A stretch of DNA of 64,000 nt, from NCBI RefSeq assembly GCF_006345805.1, contig NC_043001.1:1426001-1490000 (forward strand), in the 5' to 3' direction. Both the position numbers and the translations under genes were made by a program. The notes beneath the pieces are model-generated. The model was not told where the DNA came from, ran no database searches, and worked only from the letters and a program-made list of their open reading frames with translations. The first letter of the stretch is position 1; every line of letters starts with the position of its first letter. This DNA is from Octopus sinensis. Lineage: Eukaryota. Positions 1 to 13,024 of the stretch are shown one piece after another.

Positions 1-290
1 CGATCCTTTGTGGTTGAGGGCCTAAATGCTTTTCAAACATCTATTTCAGGCTTCCAAACAACTGTAACGGTGAAACGTGCATAGGAACTATTATATAAAC
101 TTGTGTTTATCCTTATTTCTCCTACATTTGCTCTGTGCATCCTAACTGGCAATACTACTCATTGTAGAAGTTATCTTTAATTACTTCAAGAACTCTACAC
201 GAAGCAGACGAGATTATGAGACTCTGCATTGAGATCGAAACAGAAACAGCAGCAGTTGTACATCGATTTCTACAATTAGTTTCTACTGTA
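1..290 (+). mobile_element. Probable Penelope-like terminal repeat remnant carrying a degenerate hammerhead motif (200-265)
   Basis: CpG-containing non-coding segment with hammerhead-like architecture cgaag-CAGACGA-stemII-GAAAC-...-GTA-catcg. The PLE assignment is inferred from this motif only. Confidence 0.4.
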
Positions 291-400
291 TATATATATA
301 TATATATAATATATATATATATATAATACATATCTTATATTTGTATTAGATGTGTGTGTGTGTGTGTATGTGTGTGTGTATGTATGTGTATGTATATATA

Positions 401-436
<36 letters not shown>

Positions 437-452
437 TGCACGCATGTATGCA
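288..452. repeat. Compound microsatellite (TA)n/(TG)n/(TATG)n
   Basis: Seen directly; explains ORF 352..540. Confidence 0.95.
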
Positions 453-785
453 TGTGTCAAATATACTGGAAACAGAAGCACTTTCAAATAGAAGGTTCTC
501 AATGCATTATGTTTGTAGAGTGAGAAAGGGTTTCATTTGATAAAATCTTGCTGGGTTTTTTATGCTCTTCAGAATGTCAAGTCAGAATGAAATAACGATG
601 AAATGCCACTGGTTCAGAAGATCAATAACAAGTTAGCATTGATGGATTTACAATTGTTAATAATGGTGACAGTGGAAAACTGTTTGTTGGGGGAAGAACA
701 AATGAAGAGCATGAAATGCTTTATGAATGGAATAACAGAAACAATAAAGTGCAAATACATCAGCTGACGGATGCACACACACACA

Positions 786-824
<39 letters not shown>

Positions 825-934
825 TATAAGCCACTATTATAAACAGTGTACAAAAGACTTGATTTGTAAAAGAAAATCTTTACTATTTCAGTTGAAGTAG
901 TAAAGATCATTGCAAACTGTTGAAATGAGATTTT

Positions 935-2225
935 GCAGACAAATCACAAATCCCTTCAGGTAGATGGCCCAGCTTGATCAGTAGAAAAGTCGTTGGTAGA
1001 AATTTCATAAGATGTACCCAGTGTAAGCTATGGGCACATAAGAGGTGCAGCAATGTCAAAGGAAGGTTAACTGGAAAGATAGATTTTGTGTGCGGTAGAT
1101 GTACAGAGGCAATAAACAATGAAGATGTACAGAAAACCGATTCCATCACATGCCAGGGGGAGGAAGCAGAAGTTGTTGATAGCTTCTGTTACCTTGGTGA
1201 CCAAGTCAGTAGCAAGGGTAGATGCTCTAAGAGCACAGCTGCTAGAATAAGAATAGCCCGGGCAAAGTTCAGAGAGCTCCTTCCTCTGCTGCTAACAAAG
1301 GGCCTCTTGCTCAGAGTAAATGGTGGACTGTATTATGCTTCTGTGCAAACAACCATACTACATGGCAGTGAAACAATGGCTGTGAGTACCAAGGACATAC
1401 GCAGGTTTGAAAGAAATGAAGCTAGTATGCTCTGCTGGATATTTAATGCCAGTGTGCATGCACAACAGAGTGTAAGCATCCTGAGAAAAAAGTTGGGCAT
1501 ATGAAGCATCAGATGTGGTGTGCAAGAGAGACAACTGCACTGATATGGTCATGTCATGCATATAGATGAGGAAAGCTGTGTGAAGAAGTGTAACACCCTA
1601 ACAGTGGAGGGAACCTGTTGAAGAGGTAGACCCAGGAAGACCTGGGGTAAGGTGGTGAACCATGACCTTTGAATGTTGGGCCTCATCGAGGCAATGACAA
1701 GTGATTGAGACCTTTGGAGATATGCTCTGTTTGAGAAGACCTGGCAAGCCAAGAGAGATCATACACGTGGCTGATGCCAGTGTCACATGACTGGCCTGTT
1801 TAAAAGCAGCCTTCAGTCATTGGGCAATATGCCATACTCGTGAAGACCTGTTGAACTAAGTGAAATTGTTGTCGTGGCCGATGCCAGTGCTGCTTGACTG
1901 GCTCCCATGCTGGTGGCATGTGAAAAGCCCCATTCAAGCATGGCCAATGCTATTGCCACCTGACTGGCACCCATGCCAGTGGCATGTAAAAAGCGCCATT
2001 TGAGTGTAGCTGATGCCAATACTGCCTGACTGGCTCCCATGCTGGTGACATGTAAAAGCACCCACTACACTCTCAGAGTGGTTGGCATTAGGAAGGGCAT
2101 CCAGCTGTAGAAACCTTTCCAAATTAGATTAGAGCTTGGTGCAGCCTCCCAGCTTGCCAGTTCTCAAATCAAGCTGTCTAACCCATGCCAGCATGGAAAG
2201 CAGACGTCAAACGAAGATGATGGTG
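935..2225 (+). mobile_element. 5'-truncated RTE-group LINE relic (end of RT, C-terminus, 3'UTR with ~65-nt internal repeats, ATG-type tail)
   Basis: ORF 974..1504 has RCTQCKLWAHKRC...FVCGRC (PHD-like) followed by EVVDSFCYLG (RT motif 7). A downstream frame gives YGHVMH...RGRPRKTWGKVVNHDL...DLWRYALFEK, the typical RTE C-terminus. Stops and frameshifts are present. Confidence 0.9.
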
Positions 2226-3365
2226 ACGCCCTTTCATTATAGAACCAAATGAAGAGTGCTTGAGTGAATGAATTTATTACTGAAAGGAAAATACAGATAA
2301 AAGATATCAAAATAGTATCGATAGATAAATCTCAATAGAACAAAAAGGTATTTTCATGCAAAGACTGTCAAAGTGCTCAATAAAATTAATGTAATGTTAA
2401 ATCGCTTGGAATTTACAGCTACAAAAAAATCATCAAAATATAAACTAATATTTATTAGATTTTCTTGGTAGGTATCTCCAATTGGGAAAAACATAAAACT
2501 ATATTTAGTAGTTAAAAAATTAGAAAACTTAGAGCATTGTTTTCCCTCTTTCATACTCTTTCTATTTTCTGTCTTAATTTAAATCCCATTTATTTTTTAA
2601 TTGAGGATTTTAATGACTTATGTTTGATTTTGTCATTGATTTAGTGATACTGGATATGTATAATGAATTTATATACAATTTAGAAATGCTCCAACTGGCC
2701 TCATTGGTGAAATGCCAAACTATTGTCTAGAGAATCACACAAATAATAAATAAGTCTGAGAAGCAAAGAGGAGACAAATAAACACATAGAATTTGGAGTC
2801 AGACGAGCAGAATCCTGTGCTGGGAAATGTATAGAAATACAAAGAGAAAAATGCAACACTCAAAGAAGTGTACTTGGAAGATAAACACACCAAAGGAAGA
2901 CAGAGTAGAGAGTCTATGTTTTTGGTAGATATTCTTCATCAACGAGAAGGAAAGGAACTGAGAAACAAGAGAAAGAGGAAAAAGGTACAATACTGAATAT
3001 AAAATATCTGTTTATATATGTGTATATCAGTAAAGTTGTTGGTATTAGAGAAGGCATCCATCCTTGAGAAACTATGGATGTAGAGTAGACAGGGTGAACA
3101 TGAAATGAAAAACCTCACTCAAAGATCCAGCATATCGTTCAGTCTAGAATTTAAACTTACAACCTTTAGATGCTGAGCTGAACACCCTAACCACTAAGAC
3201 ACACATTTTCATAGGAAGTGTAGTTCAGTGGAAATAAATTCTTGAAAGATTTAATTAAAATCTGACATATGTCTCTGAGTGAGTGGTTATCTCCCTTTAA
3301 GCTGATGCTGTTACATAAGTTCACTTGGTGGCTCAAGTTGTTGTACTTTTTGAGGAGCAACTTAC

Positions 3366-3436
3366 AGCTTTTGCATTACATAAGAACATTCCTATTTCTT
3401 GTTTCTCACTAAAGATATAGGGTCCTGTGTACGGAG
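3366..3436 (-). other. Candidate 71-nt exon of an unidentified minus-strand gene
   Basis: Acceptor gacttttagttttag, donor CT|GTAAGT. Phase 0 reads LRTQDPISLVRNKK*; phase 1 is fully open. Confidence 0.3.
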
Positions 3437-3523
3437 CTAAAACTAAAAGTCATTCATTAATATAAATGTAATGTTGTTGATGTCAAACTAAGTGATTGTT
3501 GAAAGCTGGAGTTCAAACTTTAC

Positions 3524-3546
3524 CTGATCACATTCTTGAAAGATCT
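3524..3546 (-). other. Candidate 23-nt micro-exon
   Basis: ttttgttcctcataaatcattcactttcag|AGATCTTTCAAGAATGTGATCAG|gtaaag; reads (E)IFQECDQ. Confidence 0.35.
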
Positions 3547-3817
3547 CTGAAAGTGAATGATTTATGAGGAACAAAATTGTAATAAATATTTACTTAATGA
3601 ACCCAGCAACAGAAGTCAGAGGTTACAAAAAAACAGAAAACGAAACAAAACCAAACATGCACAGAAAGCCTCGACTTCAAACTCTTCAAACTACACAGCT
3701 GTTTTATCACAAATTACCAGGGGGACAGAAATCAGAGCTAAAAATTGATAATATAGAGTCCCATGAAAGGAATAACCATATTTTTTTCATTATTACAAAT
3801 AACGTTTATTGTGATCA

Positions 3818-3849
<32 letters not shown>

Positions 3850-4181
3850 ATGGTGATGTGAATATTGATATGATTTGTGTGATAAAATTAATTTGTTGTA
3901 TGTTTATATCTTTATTCCTATTTCAGTTTCAGTCTAAATTTGTGCACCAACAGTGTCCTATTTATACAGTGTTGTTTTCCCTTTTATTTTCAGATTTTTA
4001 TTTACTTATTTTTTGTTTGTTTTGTAATTTTTATCTGATATGCTTCAAATATAGAAAAAGAAATGTTAAATATTGTACAGTAGGGAACTGAAAAATTCAA
4101 ATATTTCCTTATCAACTATATCTTCCTTCTTCACTGATATTACAATTAATTTCTTTTCCAATGCAACAATTTTGTTTACAG

Positions 4182-4228
4182 ATTCTTCGCCAATTCCACT
4201 CCGTGAATTGATTTTGTTTTACATTTAG
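4182..4228 (+). other. Candidate 47-nt non-coding exon (plus strand)
   Basis: caattttgtttacag|...ACATTTAG|gtgagt; a stop occurs in all three frames. Confidence 0.3.
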
Positions 4229-4435
4229 GTGAGTTCACCTTGCTTTCTGTTTTCTTGTTCTTAATTTTATTGTTTGTGCTTTTTTTAAAAAAGAAAAAAT
4301 GTATTTTGTACTTATACACTTTTCTGCACGCAATAACCTTATCAGTTAACACAGTTTCTTTTATTTCATTTTGGGTTTATATTATTATTATTATTATTAT
4401 TATCATCATCATTTATTTATTTATTTATCATTTAC

Positions 4436-4448
4436 CTTTTGGATATTT
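4436..4448 (-). other. Candidate 13-nt micro-exon
   Basis: tattttcttctttctctcag|AAATATCCAAAAG|gtaaat; reads KYPK+G and is phase-compatible with 3524-3546. Confidence 0.35.
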
Positions 4449-5485
4449 CTGAGAGAAAGAAGAAAATATATAAATACTTTAAAATCAAAATGAAAAGTTC
4501 TGTTAAAAAAAAAATCTCTGGAGATGAGTCAAAACTTTGAGTACAGAGTGGACTCTGAGGAATAAATTTTTTTCTTCAATATTTTATCTTAATACTTCCA
4601 TCAAATAACAGTTCTTGAAGAAAGAAAGGAGAAAAAAATCCAACATGCTTTATTTTCTGAATACATATTCTACATTGGCTAAGAAAATATTGAGGTGTTA
4701 TTTTTCTCTTAAAGTTTATTAGGAAAAAAAAAAAAAAAATTAAAAAATGTTCTCTTCATTGTAGAGAAATTTTGGTATCAATTAAAATTTTCTAACACAG
4801 GTATTATTCAAAAATTTTAAATCTGACGAACATCACAGATAATAACTTAATGAAAAATTCTATTAGATTTAAAAAGAAAAAGAAAAACTTTAATTTGATG
4901 TGTGGCTAAAAATAATAGGAAGCTTATCACCATCTGAAAGAATTCTGGAAGAGGAACCACTGTGTTTCCTGTCTGCTGTAATGAATGATAGTCACTCTAT
5001 CATTAAATCTGAGAGTAATTAGTATAAGACTAATGAAGAACAATGCAACAATAATTAAGACAGATTGGGTTTAAGGAGTTCTTGTTTTTCTGAATTAGTT
5101 GCACCCATATTTCTGATTCTAGAAGGAATTTTTGTTTTTGTTGAAAGTTTGATCATTTGCAGACTGTTGGAGTTATCCTCTCAACTGGATATCATCATCA
5201 TCATCATCGTCATCAACATCAGCAGCAGTATCATCATCAACATCATCATTGTCATTTAATGTTCATATTTTCATACTTGCATGAATCAGACAGAATTTTT
5301 TGAGGTACCTTTACTGTAGCTTGGTACCCTTTCTGACACCCACCAACACCTGTTCCCCAGCAAGGTAATATATTCCCACCCCACTCCCATGGCCAGAGAT
5401 ATTTTTCGCAGAAAATTGGAAGTGAGCAACATTGTTTAAAAGTCATACTTGCTTACAGCCATCGTGAATTATCAAGACAGGGGTG

Positions 5486-5516
<31 letters not shown>

Positions 5517-5544
5517 GTATGTATGTACATATATGTGTGTGTGT

Positions 5545-5690
5545 GTGACAAGTCTCTTCTGGTTTCCACTCTCCAAATCCAGTGATAAAACTTTGGTCAG
5601 CCTGAGGCAACAGAAGACCCTTGCCCGAGGTGCTGTGCAGTGGGACTGAAGCTAAGACCCCTAGGTTTAGCAGTAAGTTTCACAAACACA
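5545..5690 (-). mobile_element. Diverged 5' part of octopus tRNA-derived SINE (family of 8117-8513)
   Basis: Matches the reverse complement of the 8117 SINE 5' half (cttgcccgaggtgctgtgcagtgggactgaa). Confidence 0.7.
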
Positions 5691-6549
5691 ACTAAAAATT
5701 CTTTGCAGTGCAATTAGTGGTTCCTGTTGGCATTCAGTTGAAAGTAGGTAATTAGAATTGTAAATCTCGACCAGATTGACCGGTAAATTAGACCACAACA
5801 ACGACTGTGGAGAGATTTAGATCCCTCGTTGTGACTGGTCCGGGTTGAAGCAGTTTAAACTCATTGATTGAAAAGAAAACTGAAACTTAAACTTCTTTAA
5901 TAAATGACTCAATCTAAGAAAATATGTTGAAACCTCAAATTGTGGTTGATCAGTTTGGAATTGATGTCTATATTAGATTGTGTAATGCATTTAAAATTTA
6001 TTCTTTCTAGTTTTATTCTAGGAATATATTATCAACTATAAAGCAGAGAATTGTATTAAGCGAATCATTTGAGCTTTGGACATTTATTTAGGCTGTTTCC
6101 ACTCTCATTTCAAATCCTGTCAAGGTCAATTCACCCTTTTGCCAGTCAATAATGGATTAGCCCTTCCCCTCAAAATTGCTAGCTTTGTTCCTAAATCAAT
6201 AATTTTTTATAAAGTGTCAATACTTTTTTTGCACACTAACATTCTAGTTACAAACACTATTTCCCTCAAATTTATTCAATTTTAACATTTTCTTTTTGTT
6301 TTCAAAGATTTCTAAAGATTGTTAATTTACTTGGCATCTTCTCCCATCTTGTTCAAAATGAAGATTTTTTTTGTTGTATTGGAAAGATTTTGGTAAAATA
6401 AGGTGGGACCATGGAATTGTGACTTCTGTAAACCAATGGGAGATTAAAAAAAATTAAAACAAGAATTAAATCATCAGGTAATAGTAGAGATATTCTCTAT
6501 ATGTGTTTGAAGTTTTATTCATTAAAAAGAAATCGTAGACCAAAAGATA

Positions 6550-7320
6550 TACAAGATGTTCAGGTTAAAATAATTTATGTCTCTTTCACTCAGGAACAGT
6601 TTGCTGTGTTGGTGAATAGTCAGTTGGCGTTGGAGAGCATAGAGATTAAAGTTGCAAATGAGAGAGAGTTAGCTGACATGGAGAACTGGAGGCCATCTGA
6701 ATGTTGGAAAAGAGTTGCCTGTGTCATTATGATTCACACCATGTATCACGACTGCTGCACAATGTTCTGTTCATGCTGTAAAGTCTGTAAGACATGACAT
6801 GGACAGCTGCAACAGAGACTACAAAGCAGTTGGTTGCAGGGAAGGGATACAGCACAGATGTTCTGACGGTGATGTCATGCTGCCTGACATCTTTGAACAG
6901 GGTTTTTAGGCTCTGTTAAGATATATGAAGCTGCTGGAGACTGTGGTCAAACCCTGGCTGGAGAAGGTTGCTGTTCGAAGGCCATAAGTGTGGCAGCAGG
7001 ATTTGACTCCTTGCCATACCTTCAGAAAGAGGCAGAAGTGGTTGGAGAATTTCTAAGACTTCACCAGCCTTAATTTCTGGCCTCTCAAATCCTCTGATTG
7101 TATTCCTACGGATTATTATGTATGGGTGCAGTTGAGAAAGACACCAACTGCTCTTCCTACTGAACCAAGGATGTGCTGGTAGCCAAGATGAAGGAAGTGT
7201 CTGAAGATCTTCTCAGAGGTCACAGTGAGGAATGCATGCATCGGATTCTGGAGCCATCCTGACGTTATGATGGTAACTGAGGCTGGTTATTTTCAGTAAA
7301 CTGCTGTCACTCTGCCATAA
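6550..7320 (+). mobile_element. Tc1/mariner maT(DD37D)-like transposase relic
   Basis: CSDGDVMLPDIFEQG...YMKLLETVVKPWLEKVAVRRP*VWQQDLTPCHT...FWPLKSSDCIPTDYYVW...AVEKDTN. There are 36 residues between the 2nd and 3rd D (probably one codon lost). TA+caagatgttcagg is the likely left TIR. Confidence 0.85.
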
Positions 7321-7384
7321 TTTCATTGATATTTTTTCAATACTTTTACATTTGGATGGGATATTGTGTTTACATTTCCTTTTA

Positions 7385-7630
7385 TGGTATTAGGAAGGGC
7401 ATCCAGCCATAAAACTAGGCTAAAATGACCTTTGCTGGTGGTGCTCTGTAAAAAGCCCTCAGTCCACTCTGTAATGTGGTTGGTGTTAGGAAGGGCATCC
7501 AGTGGTAAAAGCTGCATTGAAACAAAGCTTGGAGCTGTCCTCTTGCCCCACACCTCCAGTCACACCATATCTAACCCATGCCAGCATAGAAGATGGGCAT
7601 TAAATGGTGAGAATAATGATGGTAATGATA
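7385..7630 (+). mobile_element. Short 3'-tail copies of the RTE-group LINE
   Basis: ggtattaggaagggcatccag...aacccatgccagcat...gatgat, shared with 2080-2225. Confidence 0.75.
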
Positions 7631-8116
7631 TATGCTTATACATGTTTTTATTTATATAAACATATGCTTATATATGTATCCATATATTTCAACCATCTTA
7701 TACAGCTAGTTTCAAACAACAAAGCTATCTTTTCATATAACTCTTTCTCTCTCTCTCTCTCTAATTTGAATGTATAACTTAGTTAATTCTTTCTTTTAAC
7801 AGATCATTCCTATACACTATCCTTGTAATAACATTAATAGTATTACATGTACCTTCTTCATTATCACATAACAGCAAATATCACCTGAGGGACATTCTAA
7901 TGTATTTTAATGCATTTATCTTCACACTTATTGTGATATTAATGTTATTGCTTGCTTTTCAATGTCGACAATATCTCATTTCCTTCTGTCCATTACGTGG
8001 CTGCCTTTGGTACTGATTTTAAATTTAGTTATTGCAATGTGCTTCAATTTCATATAAGCGTTCTGGTTTTCCTCACTCATATATTTCCCAGAATTTTTTT
8101 TTATATTTCACATATA

Positions 8117-8513
8117 GGCACAGGAGCGGCTGTGTGATAAGTAGCTTGCTTCTCAACCACATGGTTCCAGGTTCAGTCTCACTGCGTGGCACCTTGGGCA
8201 AATGTCTTCTACTATAGCCTCAGGCCGACCAAAGCCTTGTGAGTGAATTTGGTAGACGGAAACTGAAAGAAGCCTGTCGTATATATGTATATATATGTGT
8301 GTGTTTGTGTGTCCGTGTTTGTCCCCTCAACATGGTTTGACAACCGATGCTGGTGTGTTTATGTCCGCGTAACTTAGCAGTTCGGCAAAAGAGACTAATA
8401 GAATAAGTACTAGGCTTACAAAGAATAAGTCCTGGGGGTCGATTTCTTTGACTAAAGGTGGTGCTCCAGCATGGCCGCAGTCAAATGACTGAAACAAGTA
8501 AAAGAGAGTAAAG
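8117..8513 (+). mobile_element. Full-length tRNA-derived octopus SINE (OK/OR-type)
   Basis: A-box-like ggctgtgtg, B-box-like ggttcagtc, CORE-like ccttgggcaa, internal (TA/TG)n and gaaacaagtaaaagag tail. More than 12 related copies occur in the window. Confidence 0.9.
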
Positions 8514-9329
8514 TGTATATGTTTCATTAAACAATGTGTGTCAACAGGTGGGTGGGGTGTCACTAAATTCAGTATGATAAACTAGTGCTTTACCTGTTGT
8601 AAATCTTGTGTAAGTAGCATTTAGATCCTTTGTATATATTTTATTGAAACCAAGGTTTTGGTCCTTAATTCCTTGATTGGTGTCTGTTGTGACATACAGT
8701 GTGTCTTGGGCATTTTTAAGCCTGGTTCAGCCCATTCCTCTGTGGGTTGGGTCCGAGACAATTTCTTCCAGAAAGAAAGACAGGAAAAACACACTGACTG
8801 TAAGAGAACTGACCACTGGTACTGTATCTATTATCCTTAAAAAGGATAAAAGACAAATTTGAACTCAGGGTCAGAAGATCCAGAATGATTGCCACAAAGC
8901 AATTTTTCCAATTCACTCAGCATTCTGCCAGTTACTGCCTTTATATTTTCCATATTTATGGAATTGGATATTGTTTGTTCTTGAAGACTGGCAAACACAT
9001 GAGCTCAGTCTGATTTTTACTTATGTTATTAGGATTTTACCATTTTACCATTTCCATGTATTTCGCTAAAAGCTTAGCGTTTTCTTATATTTTCTTACAT
9101 TTTCTTATATTTGCAAGTCCTCTGAGTTGGTTTTGAGCAGTTTTTTTCTATTTTTTGTTTTGCTTTGAAAAATTTTTCTTTCCTATGAATTCTTTAACAT
9201 TAATTCTTCCAGTTCTTTTCAGTTCTTCCAGTAATAGAACCACCCATTTTCTTGCACAACAACAACAATAATAATAATAGTACATTATACCATTTTCTTT
9301 ATTCGCCATACTCTATTTTTTTAACTTTA

Positions 9330-9750
9330 TATTCTCTTTCTTTTGCTGTCTTGGATTTCACCTGATAATGATGATATTCTTCAACATTAGGCATTAATTT
9401 ACTGTTGCTCAAGTCTTCATTTAGTTTTTGGTAGAATCTCTATTGTTTGGTATGGAACATGCAATTCTGCCTGTATTGATTTATTCTCTGTAGAAATCTA
9501 TTAATTTTAATTGTTGCCAACATAAGTCATTCCTCCAATCACAAACTCAAAACCATTTCTCTTCATTTCTTTTTGTCACGATCCAAATATTTTACCACTT
9601 CTCCTCTCAGTCGTCTTTCTTCTTATCCACACTCAAGTTTTCTTCCATCATTTCTCTGTTTTTCCGTTTATTTCTATCAAGTTTAGTCTTCATTTCCCAA
9701 CAATATACTTCTTAATGATAATAATTAAGTTATTTTCCTCTCTACCACTA
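9330..9750 (-). mobile_element. R4/Dong-type non-LTR retrotransposon fragment (region upstream of RT)
   Basis: Minus frame KINRFLQRINQYRQNCMFHTKQ*RFYQKLNED...PNVEE resembles the R4-clade pre-RT region. Confidence 0.6.
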
Positions 9751-11466
9751 TCAGTTCCAATGTAATTTACTTTGGCATAATCATGGCATTCACCTGACTT
9801 GTCTCTAGCTTCACCTGCAAGTAAGATGTCTCCATGAATAAGAAATTAATTGATGTTCACATAAATCATTTGTTCAAATCCACAGCACAAAGTATTTCTT
9901 TTAAAATTAATCTGTGGTCATGGGTAGTACTCAACCTCGACTGATAAGCTAGACTGATGCTTTGTCTGAACATTTGTTGCTCAAAGTCTACAGAGAAAAA
10001 GAAAAAAGGACGTTGGTAGCTCAAAAATATGGTAAGCGTATTTCGTTTTTGGATTTGGTTTGTAAGATTCTTTATGAGTTCGTGTGTTGAAGTATATTCT
10101 GTTGTGTCTGGGGAGAGTCATTTTCTTTTTGTGTCTTATAATCTATGGTAACCTTATTAACACAGATACTTCAGGCATTTGAATTACCATTTCTGTTCCA
10201 TTGTCAATGGACACAATTGTATATAACAAGGATTTTATTCCCCAACCTAGCTATTCTACTCATCCACCATACCCAATTAAAATTAAAGAAAAATAAGGCG
10301 AAATATTTCACTTGATAGTGTTTTTATATTTGGATTCTGTTTTGACCATCTTTTACCAAAATAAAGCCATTTAGGCAAGCTACATCACTTCGTGTACAAG
10401 TCTTCGATCAATTGTCAAAAATGATGATGACTTGCTTTGGTCTTATCTCATTGTGTGCATGCATGTGTGTGTGTGTAATATATATTTTATGTGTATGTGT
10501 GTGCATGTTTGTATATATATATATATATATGATCCTCCTTGTCCTCATTCCATGCTGGTATGGATTTGATGGCTTAACAGAATATGATGTGTCCAAGGAC
10601 TGCATTGTGCTCCAATGTCTGTTTTTGGTATGGGTTTTATGACTAGACGTCCTTTTTAATGTCAAACACCTTACAGCATGACCGAGGGGATTTTTCATAT
10701 CCCTGTCACTATTGGGGTCATCATATAGCTCCCAGAATTACAAACCCTTGCAGAGAGTGAGTGGTCAGCTTCATGTTAGTGAAGGAGATTGAACAATGAG
10801 AAGTGGTGGGGGAGGTTCTTGTAGGGAAAGGAGAGAGAAAGAGAAAATGGATAGTGGGAGCTGAAAGAGATAGCTAATGACAATGAGTTCCTAAGTGACC
10901 CCTACAAGGCACAAGATGAGTTGGTGAATCAGTTTACAAGTTTGCATGTGAAGGAGAATGAAGGTATAGGGAATGATGTGGAGGCAGACTGTCAGAAAAG
11001 AATAGGGTTGAAGAGTAAATGAGCAGGGAGCCATGAGTTGGTGGAGATAGAGGGATGCAAAAGGGAGTGCATCATACCCTTCCTAATGCCAATCACTTTA
11101 CAGTGAGTAACGGGTGCTTTTTTGGTGCCACCTGTACTCAAGACATTTTCATGCAGCCTGCAAGATGAACATCTCTTTGACTGAATGGGTCTACTGTAGG
11201 GAGAAATATTGCTTTATGCTATGCTATGAAGGATCCAAAACAGAATCGGTTTCTGGCTGTAGGGGAGCCACACAACTCCTCGTAGATCTCTGTTCTTGAT
11301 ATTTTAATAAGTTCACTTTTAGATTTTGATATATTAAACGGGTCACTAATTTGCTCTTACATATCTGAAATTTTGTAAAGAGGAACATCTTCTAGATGAA
11401 AAGGTTGTGAAGAATGTAACTTTTTCTGATACCTCCAATAAACCCTGGACAAGACTGCATACCACC

Positions 11467-11498
<32 letters not shown>

Positions 11499-12094
11499 CA
11501 CTATCATCGCCACTGTTGTCACTCTCCCTCTCTCCGGGCCTTGGCAATCCTTTACCTCCATGCCCTCCTGACCCCACAAAACTGATGTTAGTTTCTGTTC
11601 GGTAGCAAATGGTCGGCAGAATCAATAAAACTTCAAACAAAATACCTTGTAGTATTTATTTAAATCCCATTTTTATTCAAAGGAGGATGACTTTGCCTTT
11701 CATCTTTATGGGTTCAATAAAACAAACTACCAGTCATATGCTTGGGTTCATTCAATTGATTACACATGCAGAACATTTCTGGCCTTGAGTCTTTGTCCAT
11801 TTGCTGCAATTTGTTTTATAATCAGTTTTGTAATCATGTTAACTATTTCACCTGATTAAGTATTAAACTTTATCCGCTCAGATAATGGGTTTATTTTAAT
11901 CTCAGTATTGGTTTAAAATTTCAGTTATATACTTTACACCGGAGCATGAAATTATACAAAATAATTTGGCAGAAACTATTAAGTTTAATATAAGGATCAT
12001 GGTGTATAACGAGCAGGAGATGATGTCTCTTGGGGCTAAATTACAGTAGCATTCGTCCTAAACCAGGACTGCCATGTTATCTTGGCAAAAGTCT

Positions 12095-12166
12095 TTGCTA
12101 TTATAATGATATTTGGATTTTGCTTTGTGTTTCTATGAGCTGAGTCCAAATCTCACCCAGAGACTC

Positions 12167-12227
<61 letters not shown>

Positions 12228-13010
12228 ATGCACGTACGTATGTATGTGCCAACATTATGATAGGATGGCTGATTGCTGCCATGTTTTTTGGTAAGAACAT
12301 TGTTCAGTGAGAGAGATTTGTATTTTAATTGTTTTAGAAAATATGCTTTTGATAATATGTGAATTTTTTTGTATGATATGTGCAGTTCCATGAGTAACAT
12401 TTTTAGAAATTCTTCCATGTCTGGATTTCCTGACGATTGAGAGGGGTAATAATCAGCCCCTTTTGCTATTATTCTTAGGGCACCTACAATCACAGGTATT
12501 GCTCTACTCGTGTGTTTCCACATTTTGCCAATTCCTATTTCGAGATTTTTGTACTTGCACAACTTTAGGTAGGTCTTGACAGATACATTTATATCAATTC
12601 AGGCAGTCGTATCAATGAGGAGGCTCGATTTTTTATGAAATCCTTCAATATAATAAATATCAGGCTGATTTGCATCTATCTTTCTGTCAGTTTGAACAGA
12701 GAAGCTCCATAGGAGTGAGATATGACCATTTTCAAGCACCAAGACAATGTGATCGATGGTTTCAGGCTGGTCTTTAACACACTCAACATATTGGGCTGCT
12801 GCCATTCTTTAATATGTTGCCCTGGAAGCCTTTAGCTGGTAGGCATTGATCCAGGGCTGCTTTGATAAACCCTTCTGTCTCTGATTTTAAACCAAACATT
12901 TACTACTGATGGGTAAGAGTTTTGTCCATATCAGTATTGGAGGCTCTCTCCTTACCATTTGCTAGTAAACCACTCAAGGCTGCATTTCTGGTAAAGGATT
13001 GCATGTCCTT
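12095..13010 (-). mobile_element. R4/Dong-type 3' relic, copy A (zinc knuckle, restriction-like endonuclease, 3'UTR)
   Basis: GLKSETEGFI; CVKDQPETIDHI; QTDRKIDANQPDI...LLID; KYKNLEIGIGKMW...IPVIVGAL. Confidence 0.9.
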
Positions 13011-13024
13011 GTCTTTGTCTATGC

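Noticed and set aside
2354-2990. Hydrophobic TM/GPI-like minus-strand peptides after strong acceptors
   Set aside because: A T-rich strand automatically gives F/L/I/V-rich translations and pyrimidine tracts; no donor/phase evidence ties them to a gene.
5769-5840. Imperfect hairpin gaccag...cacaacaacga...tcgttgtg...ctggtc
   Set aside because: Large bulges and no ribozyme or miRNA-like features.
11347-11570. Open plus frame FALTYLKFCKEEHLLDEK...
   Set aside because: It has no start or acceptor in frame and runs into (ACC)n/(AAC)n repeats.
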